A stretch of 64,000 nucleotides of DNA from contig JACKQB010000004.1 in the NCBI GenBank assembly GCA_024233115.1, positions 196,923 through 260,922 of the forward strand, written 5' to 3'. Numbering within the stretch: position 1 is the first letter of the stretch; each line of letters opens with the position of its first letter. Positions 9,258 through 19,106 of this stretch are shown piece after piece. The notes under the pieces were generated by a model that worked only from the letters and a program-made list of their open reading frames with translations, was not told the DNA's origin and did not search any database. The translations under genes and the position numbers were made by a program. This DNA comes from Akkermansiaceae bacterium. Lineage in GTDB: Bacteria > Verrucomicrobiota > Verrucomicrobiia > Verrucomicrobiales > Akkermansiaceae.

Positions 9258-9626
9258 CTACTTTCCAAGTAACATCTTTGTTCCGAAAACCAGCAGAACC
9301 ACCCCAAACATACGTGTCAGGTGTTGATTGCTCAGCTTGTGCATCAGGTCGGTGCCAAACCACGCAGCCAGTGCTGCAGCCACGGCAGTAAATGCCACCA
9401 CCCGCCAATCAATCAGCGACTCCCCTTTTCTCAGTGAGGTGTTCAGTGTCGAAACAAGCGCCACGATAATGATCACGGCCAGTGAGGTTGCCACCGCTTC
9501 TTTCTGCTTAAACCCGAGAACCGTCACAAAGGCAGGCACCATGACGATGCCGCCGCCAACCCCGCACAGAGCACCTAACAATCCTGCTACTATCCCGGTG
9601 ACTATGGCTATGGCGAGGGTTTTCAT
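9258..9626 (-). CDS. Sulfite exporter TauE/SafE (TSUP) family protein, half-size
   Basis: It has four hydrophobic helices and 'GALCGVGGGIVMVP', which is typical of the TSUP family. Confidence 0.65.
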   Translation of the reverse strand: MKTLAIAIVTGIVAGLLGALCGVGGGIVMVPAFVTVLGFKQKEAVATSLAVIIIVALVSTLNTSLRKGESLIDWRVVAFTAVAAALAAWFGTDLMHKLSNQHLTRMFGVVLLVFGTKMLLGK

Positions 9627-9644
9627 CGCTTGGACGGAAAGGAT

Positions 9645-10769
9645 TCAGGCAGCACAGATGGTGGCGATGAGCCGGTGCAACACCGTGCGATGGTCAAGGG
9701 CGGTGCTGACCAGGCATTTGTCGGCGTCAAGGCAGGCCTTCATCGCCTCACCCAGACGCTGCACGCCGAAGGCACCGGCGTTCTGACTCGCTAGAAATAA
9801 CGGGTAGGCATTCACCCCACCGTCTTTTTTTTGTGGCAGCCATGCCCGTTCGTTTTCAGGCAACTTGTTCAGTGCACTGGAAAACTGGTTGTAATTTCCG
9901 TTAGGGATACTCCTCCCGTGGCTCGCTGCCGCCGACATATAGAGGTTACGCACCGTCGGGATGATCGACGCCCGCAGGATTCCGATGGCCGACTCCTTGC
10001 GGGCGAGTTGTTGGTCGATCAGTTCAAAGGCACGGGCGGCGTTCTTCTTTTGCAAGGCGTTCCCTATTTCGAACACCACGCCGGCATGGCTGAGTGGCAC
10101 AATCTCACGGACATCATCCTCCGTGACTTCGCGTCGATCATCCAGATGGATATCGAGTTTTTCCAATTCATTGTCGATCTGGCGGGTGTCGACGCCTACC
10201 AGCATGATAAACAGGTGCAAGGCATCACCGGTCAATGTCAGGCCAAGATTCCGGGCCTTGGTTTTCACCACCGGCATGATCTTCTCCTGCCAGCCATCGC
10301 GGCTAATGTCCGGCTTATCAAAGGTTTTGACATCGGCCACCTTGTTAAGGAATTTATAGAGTCTCCGGCCCTTATGGATGGCCGTGCTGCTGATCAGAAA
10401 ATGCACATCACCCGGCAGTCCGTCTTCAAGGCAGGCGATCAACGCCTCGGTCCCCTCCTTCGCACGCTCCGCCTCGCTGGTGCGGTCGCTGCCGAGAAAG
10501 TTGGCATTTTTCAGCCACACCGTTTTACCCCCTCCGAAAAACGGCAAGGTCTGCAATGACTCTATCACTTTGCCACAGACCGCATACGCATCCTCGGCAT
10601 TACCCACCACCCCGTCGATCGTTTCCTGGGAAAAATCATCGCCGCCCTCCGGTTTCAGCTTAGTAAAAAGGCCAAGCGCCTGCTCGGACACAGTGCCCTC
10701 ATCGGAACCAAAGATAACATGGATTTGACTCACGCGGTTATGATGCGAGAGGAAAGAGGTAAGAAGCAA
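9645..10769 (-). CDS. holA: DNA polymerase III subunit delta
   Basis: The N-terminal 'IHVIFGSDEG', the length and the helical C-terminal domain are consistent with HolA. I recognised the family by overall pattern only. Confidence 0.6.
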   Translation of the reverse strand: MLLTSFLSHHNRVSQIHVIFGSDEGTVSEQALGLFTKLKPEGGDDFSQETIDGVVGNAEDAYAVCGKVIESLQTLPFFGGGKTVWLKNANFLGSDRTSEAERAKEGTEALIACLEDGLPGDVHFLISSTAIHKGRRLYKFLNKVADVKTFDKPDISRDGWQEKIMPVVKTKARNLGLTLTGDALHLFIMLVGVDTRQIDNELEKLDIHLDDRREVTEDDVREIVPLSHAGVVFEIGNALQKKNAARAFELIDQQLARKESAIGILRASIIPTVRNLYMSAAASHGRSIPNGNYNQFSSALNKLPENERAWLPQKKDGGVNAYPLFLASQNAGAFGVQRLGEAMKACLDADKCLVSTALDHRTVLHRLIATICAA

Positions 10770-10865
10770 GGGTTAAAAATCTGATTACCCCAGTATGTGG
10801 TGAAGTCGGAAAAACGGCAGGTCACAACGCTCCACCACCTGCCCACTGAACGGCCCACCAGCGAC

Positions 10866-11600
10866 TCACTTCGTACCATCGAACCGGTAATGGCCGATCA
10901 CTTGATACTCGAGCAACTTGTCCTCCCACTCGGGTCCTCCACCAATATTGTGGACAATCCATTTTTCATCCCTGTGCGAACCCGGTCCGGGAACCACCAC
11001 TCCAATATGGGTGGCGCCGTGTGGCAATCGCCATGCGACGATGTCACCAAAGGAAAAATCCTCGGCTGTCGACCCCTCCTCCGGAAGTTCTATTTCCTTT
11101 CCGAAACGACTGAAGAAGCGTTGCAAATTGGGCACCCGGCGGTGGTCGATATTGGTGTCCGGCCCCTTCAAGCTCCAGAGTTGTGGGTAAATCCTGAAAT
11201 TCCGCTCCATGTCCTCGTGGACGAGCTTCTGCAGGTCGATCCCGAGGGCTCGGTAACTGCGGACCACCACATCGGTGCATACCCCCTTGCCTGCCGGCAC
11301 ATCGCCGTTGGGGTAGGGAATCTTATAATAGGAATCGTCGTAGGTGACTTCCTCACGGGTGCGCTCCAGTGCCGCCGCGGCAAGCTGGTTGCCAAAGCCG
11401 TCCCCCTGGCCGAGCCAAGCAACGGTTTCCTCGACCTTGAGCTCGGTAACCTTATTATCCTGAGCGAGTAGCTGGGAAATAAACGGCTTGGCGACGATAC
11501 CCACTCCCACCACCACAAAGAGGATCATCAACCATCCACCCCCCCATGACTTGCGTACGGGTTTTTTCGGGCGTGGTCCGATATATTCGATGGTGTCCAT
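10866..11600 (-). CDS. DUF1287 domain-containing protein
   Basis: It has an N-terminal TM anchor, then 'YDDSYYKIPYPNGDVPAGKGVCTDVVVRSYRALGIDLQ' and 'NIDHRRVPNL', characteristic of DUF1287. Confidence 0.7.
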   Translation of the reverse strand: MDTIEYIGPRPKKPVRKSWGGGWLMILFVVVGVGIVAKPFISQLLAQDNKVTELKVEETVAWLGQGDGFGNQLAAAALERTREEVTYDDSYYKIPYPNGDVPAGKGVCTDVVVRSYRALGIDLQKLVHEDMERNFRIYPQLWSLKGPDTNIDHRRVPNLQRFFSRFGKEIELPEEGSTAEDFSFGDIVAWRLPHGATHIGVVVPGPGSHRDEKWIVHNIGGGPEWEDKLLEYQVIGHYRFDGTK

Positions 11601-11833
11601 GGTTATTGGTCTCTGGAAAGTCTAGGTTTTATCGTGGTTGCGCACTTATTGTGAGCGAGTTATTCACAACATAAATAAACCCAAAACGCCAGAATTTTTC
11701 ATCGAAGTGTGATAAAATGTCACATTTAAGCAAAATATGCGCAATATAGCCTCCAAAATTGCAAATATCCCCACAATTTGCCTGATTTTTAGCTTTGGCA
11801 AATTGTCATTACAGCCTCACAATTGGTGCACGC

Positions 11834-12451
11834 ATGCTGATCGAACACAAAAGCGCCCCTCTTCAGTGGGGGGCTCTCGACCTCGCCCTCTTCGGACTCG
11901 AAAACGACTGGTTTGGCCACAAGCTCGATGTGCCCGCCGCGTTTGGCCTGGCCATCGACCACGCCAGTTTCTGGTTTGTCGCCACACGCCGAAAGCCGGC
12001 CAGCCTCCACCCCCAGGCCCGACCCGGCATCTTCACCCCGGAACTCTGGAAATATGACGTCGCCGAGTTTTTCCTCAGTCATCCGACATCAGGCCGTTAC
12101 CTCGAATTCAATCTCGCTCCCAACGGTGCCTGGTGGAGTGCCGAGTTCACCGCCCCACGGGTGCGCGCTGACAAGCAGGATGTCGAGGTTCCCGGAGTGC
12201 AAACATTCTCTGATCTCGCTCCCGACGGCACTTGGGTGGCCGCCGCATCCATCCCGCTGGATGTGCTCAAGGCACGCCTGGACTTCGGTCCGGAAACACG
12301 GATGAATGTCACCTTCATCGTCGATTCCCCCGACCAGAAATTCCTCACCGCTACACCAGCCGACGGGGGGGCACCCGACTTCCATCGTCCCGATCTGTTT
12401 CAACAGGTCCGTATCCACGAAGGCGGTCTTACTTTCCACCAGCCTCAATGA
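11834..12451 (+). CDS. Hypothetical protein (possibly CBM9/DOMON-like fold)
   Basis: The ORF has plausible codon usage. 'YDVAEFFL' and 'YLEFNLAPNGAWW' are reminiscent of CBM9-like modules, but only weakly. I chose the start at ATG 11834. Confidence 0.45.
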   Translation: MLIEHKSAPLQWGALDLALFGLENDWFGHKLDVPAAFGLAIDHASFWFVATRRKPASLHPQARPGIFTPELWKYDVAEFFLSHPTSGRYLEFNLAPNGAWWSAEFTAPRVRADKQDVEVPGVQTFSDLAPDGTWVAAASIPLDVLKARLDFGPETRMNVTFIVDSPDQKFLTATPADGGAPDFHRPDLFQQVRIHEGGLTFHQPQ

Positions 12452-12463
12452 TTTTCTAACACT

Positions 12464-13360
12464 ATGCAACAATCACCACGCAATATCGCCGTCGTCGGTC
12501 TGGGCCGGATGGGCGCCAACATGGCACGGCGCCTGCACGACTGCGGCCACCGTATCACCTCGGTCTATGACATCCGCCGGGAAACCGCCCAGGCGCTTGC
12601 CGGGGAGCTGGGATGCCATGCGGCATCATCTCTAGCAGAAACAACACGCGATGCCGATCTTGTGCTCACGGTTGTCACCGATGACGATGCCATGCGTGGT
12701 ATATTTTTCAATGAACCCGACAACTTGTTAGTGCACGCAAGCGGCCGGATATTCATCAATTGCGCAACCGTATCACCGGAGGTGCATATGGAGATTGAAA
12801 ACGCAGCCAACACCCTGGGCGCCAGCTCACTGGAAGCCTGTATGGCCTCAAGCATCAGCCAGGCCCGCGACGGTAGCCTTTACCTGATGATCGGCGGTGA
12901 TGAAGCGGTATTCAACGGCTGTAAAGATGTGCTGGACCAGCTTTCCAGCAAGCTGCGCTACATCGGTCCGGCCGGCCAGGCGGCCAAGGTCAAAGCTCTC
13001 GTCAACATGGTGATGAATATCAACACCGCCGCCCTCGCCGAAGGCCTGGGACTTGGCGATGCCCTCGGCCTGGACACCAGGATGCTCTGTGAGGTCTTCT
13101 CCCAGACAGGGGCAAACTCCCGCGTCCTCGAAACCGATGGCGACGACATGATCAACCGCGACCACCAGTGCTGGTTCTCCGCCGCCCACGCCGCCAAGGA
13201 CAGCGGTATTGCCAACGCTCTCGGAGCCAGGGAAGGACTCGACCTGCCCCTGTCCCTCGCGACCCAGCACCAATACCAGCGCATGATCGAGCTCGGGCTC
13301 GGTGAGCTCGATAAATCGGGCATCGCCGAACTCACCTTCAAGGGGCGCACAAGTTCTTGA
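12464..13360 (+). CDS. NAD(P)-dependent oxidoreductase, 3-hydroxyisobutyrate/6-phosphogluconate dehydrogenase-like
   Basis: It has the Rossmann motif 'IAVVGLGRMGANMARRL' and a beta-hydroxyacid dehydrogenase-like C-terminal domain. Confidence 0.8.
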   Translation: MQQSPRNIAVVGLGRMGANMARRLHDCGHRITSVYDIRRETAQALAGELGCHAASSLAETTRDADLVLTVVTDDDAMRGIFFNEPDNLLVHASGRIFINCATVSPEVHMEIENAANTLGASSLEACMASSISQARDGSLYLMIGGDEAVFNGCKDVLDQLSSKLRYIGPAGQAAKVKALVNMVMNINTAALAEGLGLGDALGLDTRMLCEVFSQTGANSRVLETDGDDMINRDHQCWFSAAHAAKDSGIANALGAREGLDLPLSLATQHQYQRMIELGLGELDKSGIAELTFKGRTSS

Positions 13361-13390
13361 TCACCACAACCTCGACATCACTCATTTCTT

Positions 13391-14104
13391 ATGCTGACGA
13401 TTCGCAATGCACAAGGGGAACGACTCGATACCGCCTACCACGAAGGCAGCCGCGATGACGTGCTGGTTATTCTCGGCCATGGTGTCACGGGCAACAAAGA
13501 CCGGCCCCTGCTGTTCTGGTTGGCCCGTGCCCTGGCTGACCGCGGCTATCCGGGCCTGCGTGTCTCATGGTCCGGCAACGGTGACTCGGAAGGCTCGTTT
13601 GCCGATTCCAATATCACCAAGGAAATAGGTGACCTCACCGCCGTAATCGACCAACTCGGCGACGGCAGGAAAATCGTCTACATCGGTCACAGCATGGGCG
13701 CAGCCGTCGGCGCGCTCACAGCGGCACGCGACGAGCGTATCACCCTACTCGTTTCCCTCGCAGGCATGGTTTATACCAGGGAATTCTGTGAGCGAGAGTT
13801 TGGTGACGTCACCCCCGACGCAGACTTCATGTGGGAAGACGACTTCCCCCTGTCCCAAAGCTACGTCGACGACCTGCACCACATCAACAATACCCTCGAT
13901 GCGGCCCGAAGCCTGCGCTTGCCCTGGCTGCTCGTCCACGGCAGCGACGACGATGTCGTCCTGCCACGCGATAGCCAGGATCTCCACGATGCCCTCCGTG
14001 GTCCGGCCAGACTGGTAGCGGTCCCGGGTGCCGACCACTCGTTCGAGGGGCACTACGACACGGTTATCACCGAGACCATCGACTGGCTGGAAAAACATCT
14101 CTAA
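13391..14104 (+). CDS. Alpha/beta hydrolase
   Basis: It has the nucleophile elbow 'GHSMGA', a late 'HGSDDDVV', and a catalytic-His region 'GADHSF'. Confidence 0.75.
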   Translation: MLTIRNAQGERLDTAYHEGSRDDVLVILGHGVTGNKDRPLLFWLARALADRGYPGLRVSWSGNGDSEGSFADSNITKEIGDLTAVIDQLGDGRKIVYIGHSMGAAVGALTAARDERITLLVSLAGMVYTREFCEREFGDVTPDADFMWEDDFPLSQSYVDDLHHINNTLDAARSLRLPWLLVHGSDDDVVLPRDSQDLHDALRGPARLVAVPGADHSFEGHYDTVITETIDWLEKHL

Positions 14105-14158
14105 GCCCATCCTTCGGTGTTGATTCCCCCGCCCACCAGCGTCTAGGATCTGCAGGCA

Positions 14159-15745
14159 ATGAAATCCAACCCACAGGACCGGCTCGAGTTGGCACTCCTG
14201 GCATCCAACGAAGGTGTCTGGGACTGGTATGTGGGAGAAGAGGATATTTACTACTCGGACCGGGTGCTCGGTTTTCTGGGGTACTCCGCAGACCAAGCAC
14301 CTAACATCATCACTCACGCCAAGCAGTACTTCCACGAGGAAGAACTACCGGAGCTACGGGCCACCTTCAAAAAAACGCTGGCTCAAGGGGGTGAGGATAC
14401 TCTGGCCCTCGACTGCCGCTACAATCATCCCGACGGCACCTGGCACTGGCTCCGGATCAGAGGGATTTGTGTCCGGGGTGAGGATGGTGAGGCACAGCGG
14501 ATCGTGGGCTCCATCATCGATATCTCCCAGAGAAAATATGCTGAGATCAATCTTGAGGAAGAACGATACAAACTCCGCCAACTCATAGAAAACATACCAG
14601 TCAACGTCTACTACAAGGACAAGGAATCCAACTTCGTCCTGACCAACAGCTCGCTGGCCAAGAGGCTGGGTGCCAAATCCGCGGAGGACATGATTGGAAA
14701 ATCGGACCGGGACTACTTTGACAAGGCCCACGCCGACCTCGCACGGGCCAACGAACTGGAGGTCATGGAAACCCGCGTCCCCTTGATCAACGCCCTGCAG
14801 GAGGAAACCTACGAAGGAAAAGAAACCACCTGGGCTGAGGCAACCAAGCTGCCATGGCTCGATCGCAAAGGCCAGCTGTGCGGCACCTTTGGCATCAGCC
14901 ATGACATCACCGACCTGGTCAAGGTGCAACGCCAGCTCACCGCCACCGCGGAAGAGCTGCATCAACGCAATGTCGCTTTCGAAGAAGAGCTCCAGCTCGC
15001 CCGGGAGATCCAGCAGGCCCTGCTTCCCCAGAGCCTTGACGGCCTGGTTCTGCGCAGTCATGACCGGGAAGTCACCTTCGGCTGCCGGTACTCGCCCGCC
15101 TCCGCGATGGCAGGCGACTTCTTCGAGGTCATGCCCATTTCCCAACACTGTATCGGCATCTTTCTCTGCGATGTCATGGGTCATGGTGTTAGAGCCTCGC
15201 TGGTCGTTTCCATGCTCCGCGGGCTGATGGAAAAGGAACGTGATTCCGCCACCAGTCCCGAGTGGTTTCTCTACGGTATCAACGAGGGCCTGGTCTCCAT
15301 CTTCGAACGCGCCGGGGTCACGCTCTTCGCCACCGCGATCTACTGCGTGGTCAACCTCAAGGAGGGAACGCTTCGTTTCTCCTGCGCCGGCCACCCGTCA
15401 CCCATATCCGTCAGGCGCGGCAAGGGAAAACAAATCCAACCCGCGCACAAAAAACCCAATCCGGCCCTGGGACTGATTTCACAGGCACCCTACACCGCGG
15501 AAACCGTTTCCCTCAACAGCATCGACCGGCTTCTCATCTTCACCGACGGCCTCCATGAAGTCGAAGACTCCTCGGGTGAACAACTGGGGATTCCACATGT
15601 TGTCGCCACCATGGAAAAATGCATCAACGACGATCTCGAAACGTGCCTGGACAGCCTCATCGACCAGGCACGCCGACATGCCGCCGAGGCCAAGTTCGAC
15701 GATGACGTTTGCCTCTTTGCCATGGACGTCGGCTCTGGCTTGTAG
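14159..15745 (+). CDS. PAS domain-containing PP2C/SpoIIE-family serine phosphatase (RsbU-like)
   Basis: It has two PAS-like segments ('GVWDWYV', 'HPDGTWHWLRIRG') and a SpoIIE domain ('GDFFEV', 'FLCDVMGHG', 'LLIFTDGL'). Confidence 0.8.
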   Translation: MKSNPQDRLELALLASNEGVWDWYVGEEDIYYSDRVLGFLGYSADQAPNIITHAKQYFHEEELPELRATFKKTLAQGGEDTLALDCRYNHPDGTWHWLRIRGICVRGEDGEAQRIVGSIIDISQRKYAEINLEEERYKLRQLIENIPVNVYYKDKESNFVLTNSSLAKRLGAKSAEDMIGKSDRDYFDKAHADLARANELEVMETRVPLINALQEETYEGKETTWAEATKLPWLDRKGQLCGTFGISHDITDLVKVQRQLTATAEELHQRNVAFEEELQLAREIQQALLPQSLDGLVLRSHDREVTFGCRYSPASAMAGDFFEVMPISQHCIGIFLCDVMGHGVRASLVVSMLRGLMEKERDSATSPEWFLYGINEGLVSIFERAGVTLFATAIYCVVNLKEGTLRFSCAGHPSPISVRRGKGKQIQPAHKKPNPALGLISQAPYTAETVSLNSIDRLLIFTDGLHEVEDSSGEQLGIPHVVATMEKCINDDLETCLDSLIDQARRHAAEAKFDDDVCLFAMDVGSGL

Positions 15746-15772
15746 TTCCAGTGCATGGCGCCAACAGCCGGC

Positions 15773-17074
15773 TCACAGCTCTTCCAGGCTTACCCCGTCC
15801 ACAGCTGATGTAGAAAAGACATGCGGTTCTATTCCGGTCGCTTCGAAGTAACGTCTGCCCATCTCCTCCATCACGGCGTTCGCCTGGTCAGCACGCGCCA
15901 AGGTGACCGTCGAGCCGCCAAATCCGCCACCGGTCATCCTGCTGCCTAACACACCACCTTCCTCACCTATGGACCAGGCCGCTTCCACCATGATATCAAG
16001 CTCCCTGCATGACACCTCGAAATCATCACGTAACGACCTGTGACTCGCCGCCATGAGTTCACCCACCTCATCGGTTTTACCACGGGCCAGTGCCATCGCC
16101 GCCTTCTGGGTGCGGTCGATCTCAGTAACCACGTGCCGCGCCCGCCGGAACACCACCTCGCTCATCTCCCCTCTAGCAGATTCAAGGTCATCTATACTCA
16201 CCTCGCGCCAGGATTGCTTGCCAAGGATGGACAACGCTATCTCGGTCTGCTTCCTCCTATTGGCATAACTACCATCGCTGAGCTCATGCTGCACCTTGGT
16301 ATCAGCAATAATCACATTCACAGTGTCATCGGCAAACGGAATCAACTGCACCTCCTCAGACCGGCAGTCAATCAACACCAGGTGGTCCTTTTTAGCAAAG
16401 ACCGATGCAAACTGGTCCATGATACCACACGGCACACCGGCAAACCTCTGTTCAGCCGTCTGGCAGAGCAGCGCCTTGTTCTTCGGGTTGATGTCAATAC
16501 CCAACATACCCTCGACCACGGTCGCGGCGGCCACTTCAAGCGCCGCGGAACTGGATAGGCCCGCTCCGAGCGGCACGGTCGAATGAATCAGGGCGTCAAA
16601 GCCGGGCAAGGGCCAGAAGTCCTTCTGCCGGAATCCATCCAGCACACCACGGAAATAGTTTGCCCAGGCCGGCACACCCGCCACGGGTGGCTCATCGAGC
16701 ATCACGATCGCCGACTCGTTCGGGAACATCGTGGAGACCAGATTGGCCTGGGATGTGCCGTTAGGTGCCACGGCGATCATCACGTACCGGTTGATCGCCA
16801 GCGGTAGAACAAAACCATCACAATAATCGATATGCTCGCCAATCAGGTTAACCCGCGATGGGGAGGCCACCAGCCAGAACGGTATCATCCCGAAGTATTC
16901 CTCGAATTCCCTCAGCACGGTCTCTTTTTGATCCGCATAGGCTTTTTCGCTATCCGCTCCATCACCTGCACCATCCTCTTTGCGTTCAATCATATTCTTT
17001 CTTGCTTTTGCATACCGTCGCTTGACCTGCATCGACCAGTTCCGGTGCCTACTCCATAACTTATCCACCACCAT
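15773..17074 (-). CDS. galK: Galactokinase
   Basis: It has the galactokinase signature 'SPSRVNLIGEHIDYCDGFVLP' and the GHMP motif 'GAGLSSSAALEVA'. The true start may be the internal Met near 16993. Confidence 0.85.
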   Translation of the reverse strand: MVVDKLWSRHRNWSMQVKRRYAKARKNMIERKEDGAGDGADSEKAYADQKETVLREFEEYFGMIPFWLVASPSRVNLIGEHIDYCDGFVLPLAINRYVMIAVAPNGTSQANLVSTMFPNESAIVMLDEPPVAGVPAWANYFRGVLDGFRQKDFWPLPGFDALIHSTVPLGAGLSSSAALEVAAATVVEGMLGIDINPKNKALLCQTAEQRFAGVPCGIMDQFASVFAKKDHLVLIDCRSEEVQLIPFADDTVNVIIADTKVQHELSDGSYANRRKQTEIALSILGKQSWREVSIDDLESARGEMSEVVFRRARHVVTEIDRTQKAAMALARGKTDEVGELMAASHRSLRDDFEVSCRELDIMVEAAWSIGEEGGVLGSRMTGGGFGGSTVTLARADQANAVMEEMGRRYFEATGIEPHVFSTSAVDGVSLEEL

Positions 17075-17208
17075 CCGCCAGCCTCAAATGTCTTTCGTCG
17101 CTAAAAAAAAGCAACCCTCCATGATGAACATTGCCCCATCCGCACAGCACCCGTCGTGCCCGGCTCATTCTTGATTGAAACTTAGGAAATATAAAGTAGT
17201 ATGCCTTT

Positions 17209-18780
17209 ATGAAAATTTTCCTCTGTCTCGCCACGCTGACCGCCAGCCCGTTCCTGATCGTCTCGTGCAGTGACAAAAAAGAAAAGGCGGCACAGGAACT
17301 GGAGACATCCGGCTATCAGGCGACACCGGCGGATTTCCTCCGCGCTGCGGAAAATGGCGACATCCGCGCTCTCGAACTCTTTGTCAAACAAGGCATGGAC
17401 CTGGGCAGTAAAGACGACAACGGCTGGACCGCACTCCACCTCGCCGCCCGTAGCCAGCGACAGGAATCCGTCGCTTTCCTGTTAGAAAAAGGCATGGACA
17501 TCGAAACCCCCGGCCTCGACGGGGTCACACCCATGATGCTTGCCGCACGCGAGGGCAATCACACCATGGTCCGCTACCTGCTCAAACAAGGAGCCAAAAC
17601 CGAGATCAAGGATCAGAAAAACCGCTCCGCCCTGATCCTCGCCATCGATGGCGGCCACGCCGACTGTGTTGAGGAAATCGCCCCCTACTCGCGTAGCCAG
17701 CTCGATACCGCCCTGCTCTACGCCGCCGCCCAGGGAAAACACCAGGTCATCGAGACCCTCACCAGCTTCGGCGCCTCGGTCTACGTGCGCCACGAAGGCG
17801 GGATGACTCCATTGATGCTCGCCGCGGAAAACGGCCACACCGAGACCGTCCGCGCACTCCTCGAAAGCGGAGCCAACCGCTTTGCCGTCAATGAACACGG
17901 CTGGACCGCCGCCCAGGTCGCGGAGGCATCCAACCACACCAGCATCGCCAACCTGCTCAACCAGAACCCGGACGCCACCGAACTCACCATCACCGAACCC
18001 AGCGAGGAGGAGGGGGTCGACTGGACACCGCCTGTCATCGCCGCCGCCGACATGCCACAGACGGAACCCTCCCCCGATGGCCCCAGCACCGAAAACACAC
18101 CACCCGCCACCCCACCGCATACTCCCTCAGTGACTCCAGACACGCCAGGCGTGACACCTGACACTCCGGCAGTGACCAGCAACCCGCCGTCCAATTCACC
18201 GTCCAAGCCCTCGCCCACCCCCCCCGCTAAAAAACACCTGCCGTTTATCGCCGGAAAAACCATCGCCAGCAAGGGAACCACCCCCGACGACGTTGCCCGT
18301 GACCTTGCCATGCTCGACTACCAGGAAAAACCACTCCCTCTGATGGTTGAAAAAACCAACGCCGTCCAGTCGGGTGGCAGCGAAGCCCAGGTCCGGATGC
18401 TGTATGGGAAACAACAACAGGTCACCGTCAGGGAAGGCGACACCATCCCCGCCACCCGCTTCAAGGTCATCAGCATCCGCCGCATGCTGAACCACAGCAA
18501 GATCACCGATGGCAAACCGGCCGACGTCTCGGTGGTGGAGATCGAGGATACCGGCACCGGCAAACGCCGCAAAATGACCGCCCGCATCCCGGCCACCGCC
18601 GCCGAACCGTGGGCGGTGCTCCACAGCAAAACCAGCGGCCAGGCCTACGCCGCCCGCACCGGCCAACACTTCCGCACCGCCGATGGCCAGAGCTACACCA
18701 TCAGCGACGTCCGCCCCAACCAGATCGTGCTCACCCACGATGATACCGGTGAGGCGACGACAATTCCGTTAGGGCGATAA
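17209..18780 (+). CDS. Ankyrin-repeat lipoprotein with Pro/Thr-rich linker and a C-terminal domain of unknown function
   Basis: It has a lipobox 'LIVSC' and about 6 ankyrin repeats ('GWTALHLAA', 'GVTPMMLAAREGN', 'GMTPLMLAAENGH'). A PT-rich linker follows. The last ~110 codons are duplicated at 24407-24686. Confidence 0.8.
   Translation: MKIFLCLATLTASPFLIVSCSDKKEKAAQELETSGYQATPADFLRAAENGDIRALELFVKQGMDLGSKDDNGWTALHLAARSQRQESVAFLLEKGMDIETPGLDGVTPMMLAAREGNHTMVRYLLKQGAKTEIKDQKNRSALILAIDGGHADCVEEIAPYSRSQLDTALLYAAAQGKHQVIETLTSFGASVYVRHEGGMTPLMLAAENGHTETVRALLESGANRFAVNEHGWTAAQVAEASNHTSIANLLNQNPDATELTITEPSEEEGVDWTPPVIAAADMPQTEPSPDGPSTENTPPATPPHTPSVTPDTPGVTPDTPAVTSNPPSNSPSKPSPTPPAKKHLPFIAGKTIASKGTTPDDVARDLAMLDYQEKPLPLMVEKTNAVQSGGSEAQVRMLYGKQQQVTVREGDTIPATRFKVISIRRMLNHSKITDGKPADVSVVEIEDTGTGKRRKMTARIPATAAEPWAVLHSKTSGQAYAARTGQHFRTADGQSYTISDVRPNQIVLTHDDTGEATTIPLGR
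18130..18177 (+). repeat. 21-bp tandem repeat (about 2.3 copies) encoding VTPDTPG/VTPDTPA in the ankyrin-protein linker
   Basis: 'gtgactccagacacgccaggc' is followed by 'gtgacacctgacactccggca' and then 'gtgacc'. Confidence 0.6.
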
Positions 18781-19090
18781 CCCGGCGTTATCCCCCAAGC
18801 TCTTTCCCGCCCGCAAACCAGCCACCCAACCGAACCAGAGAAAGGCATAAATCCAAGGCGGATCAGCAATCAATGATCTGTGACCAAAGCCGAAACCGTC
18901 ATAAAACCTCCAGCAACAACAGAAATCCCGAAGATCTCGCGAAAACCTAACTATTATTTAGTTTGACCCCCCCCAACAGAACTTACTACCATCACAGCAA
19001 ATAGATCGGGTAAACACTCTCTGCTCAATCACCCTAAACGGTCAAGCATCTGTAAGCTCCTATTACCCGAGTCAACGAATAACAATGTTC
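18453..19090. repeat. Long direct repeat, copy A (3' end of the ankyrin gene plus a downstream non-coding module)
   Basis: By hand alignment to 24407-24831 I count about 9 mismatches. Copy A also carries a 48-nt block and a 165-nt block that copy B lacks. Confidence 0.85.
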
Positions 19091-19106
19091 GGTCAAGAAT
19101 ATACCG

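Noticed and set aside
14354-15394. Long ORFs antisense to, or overlapping, confidently assigned genes. Examples are 14354-15394 (346 aa), 49717-50943 (408 aa), 29114-29983 (289 aa), 40187-41038 (283 aa), 41688-42419 (243 aa), 9831-10559 (242 aa), 33795-34526 (243 aa), 31473-32282 (269 aa) and 36556-37242 (228 aa).
   Set aside because: Each lies opposite or out of frame to a gene with clear family motifs (PP2C, lpxK, dnaE, clpC, holA and others). Their translations are low-complexity (Arg/Gly/Ala/Pro/His-rich) with no recognisable motifs. This is typical of shadow ORFs in G+C-rich DNA.
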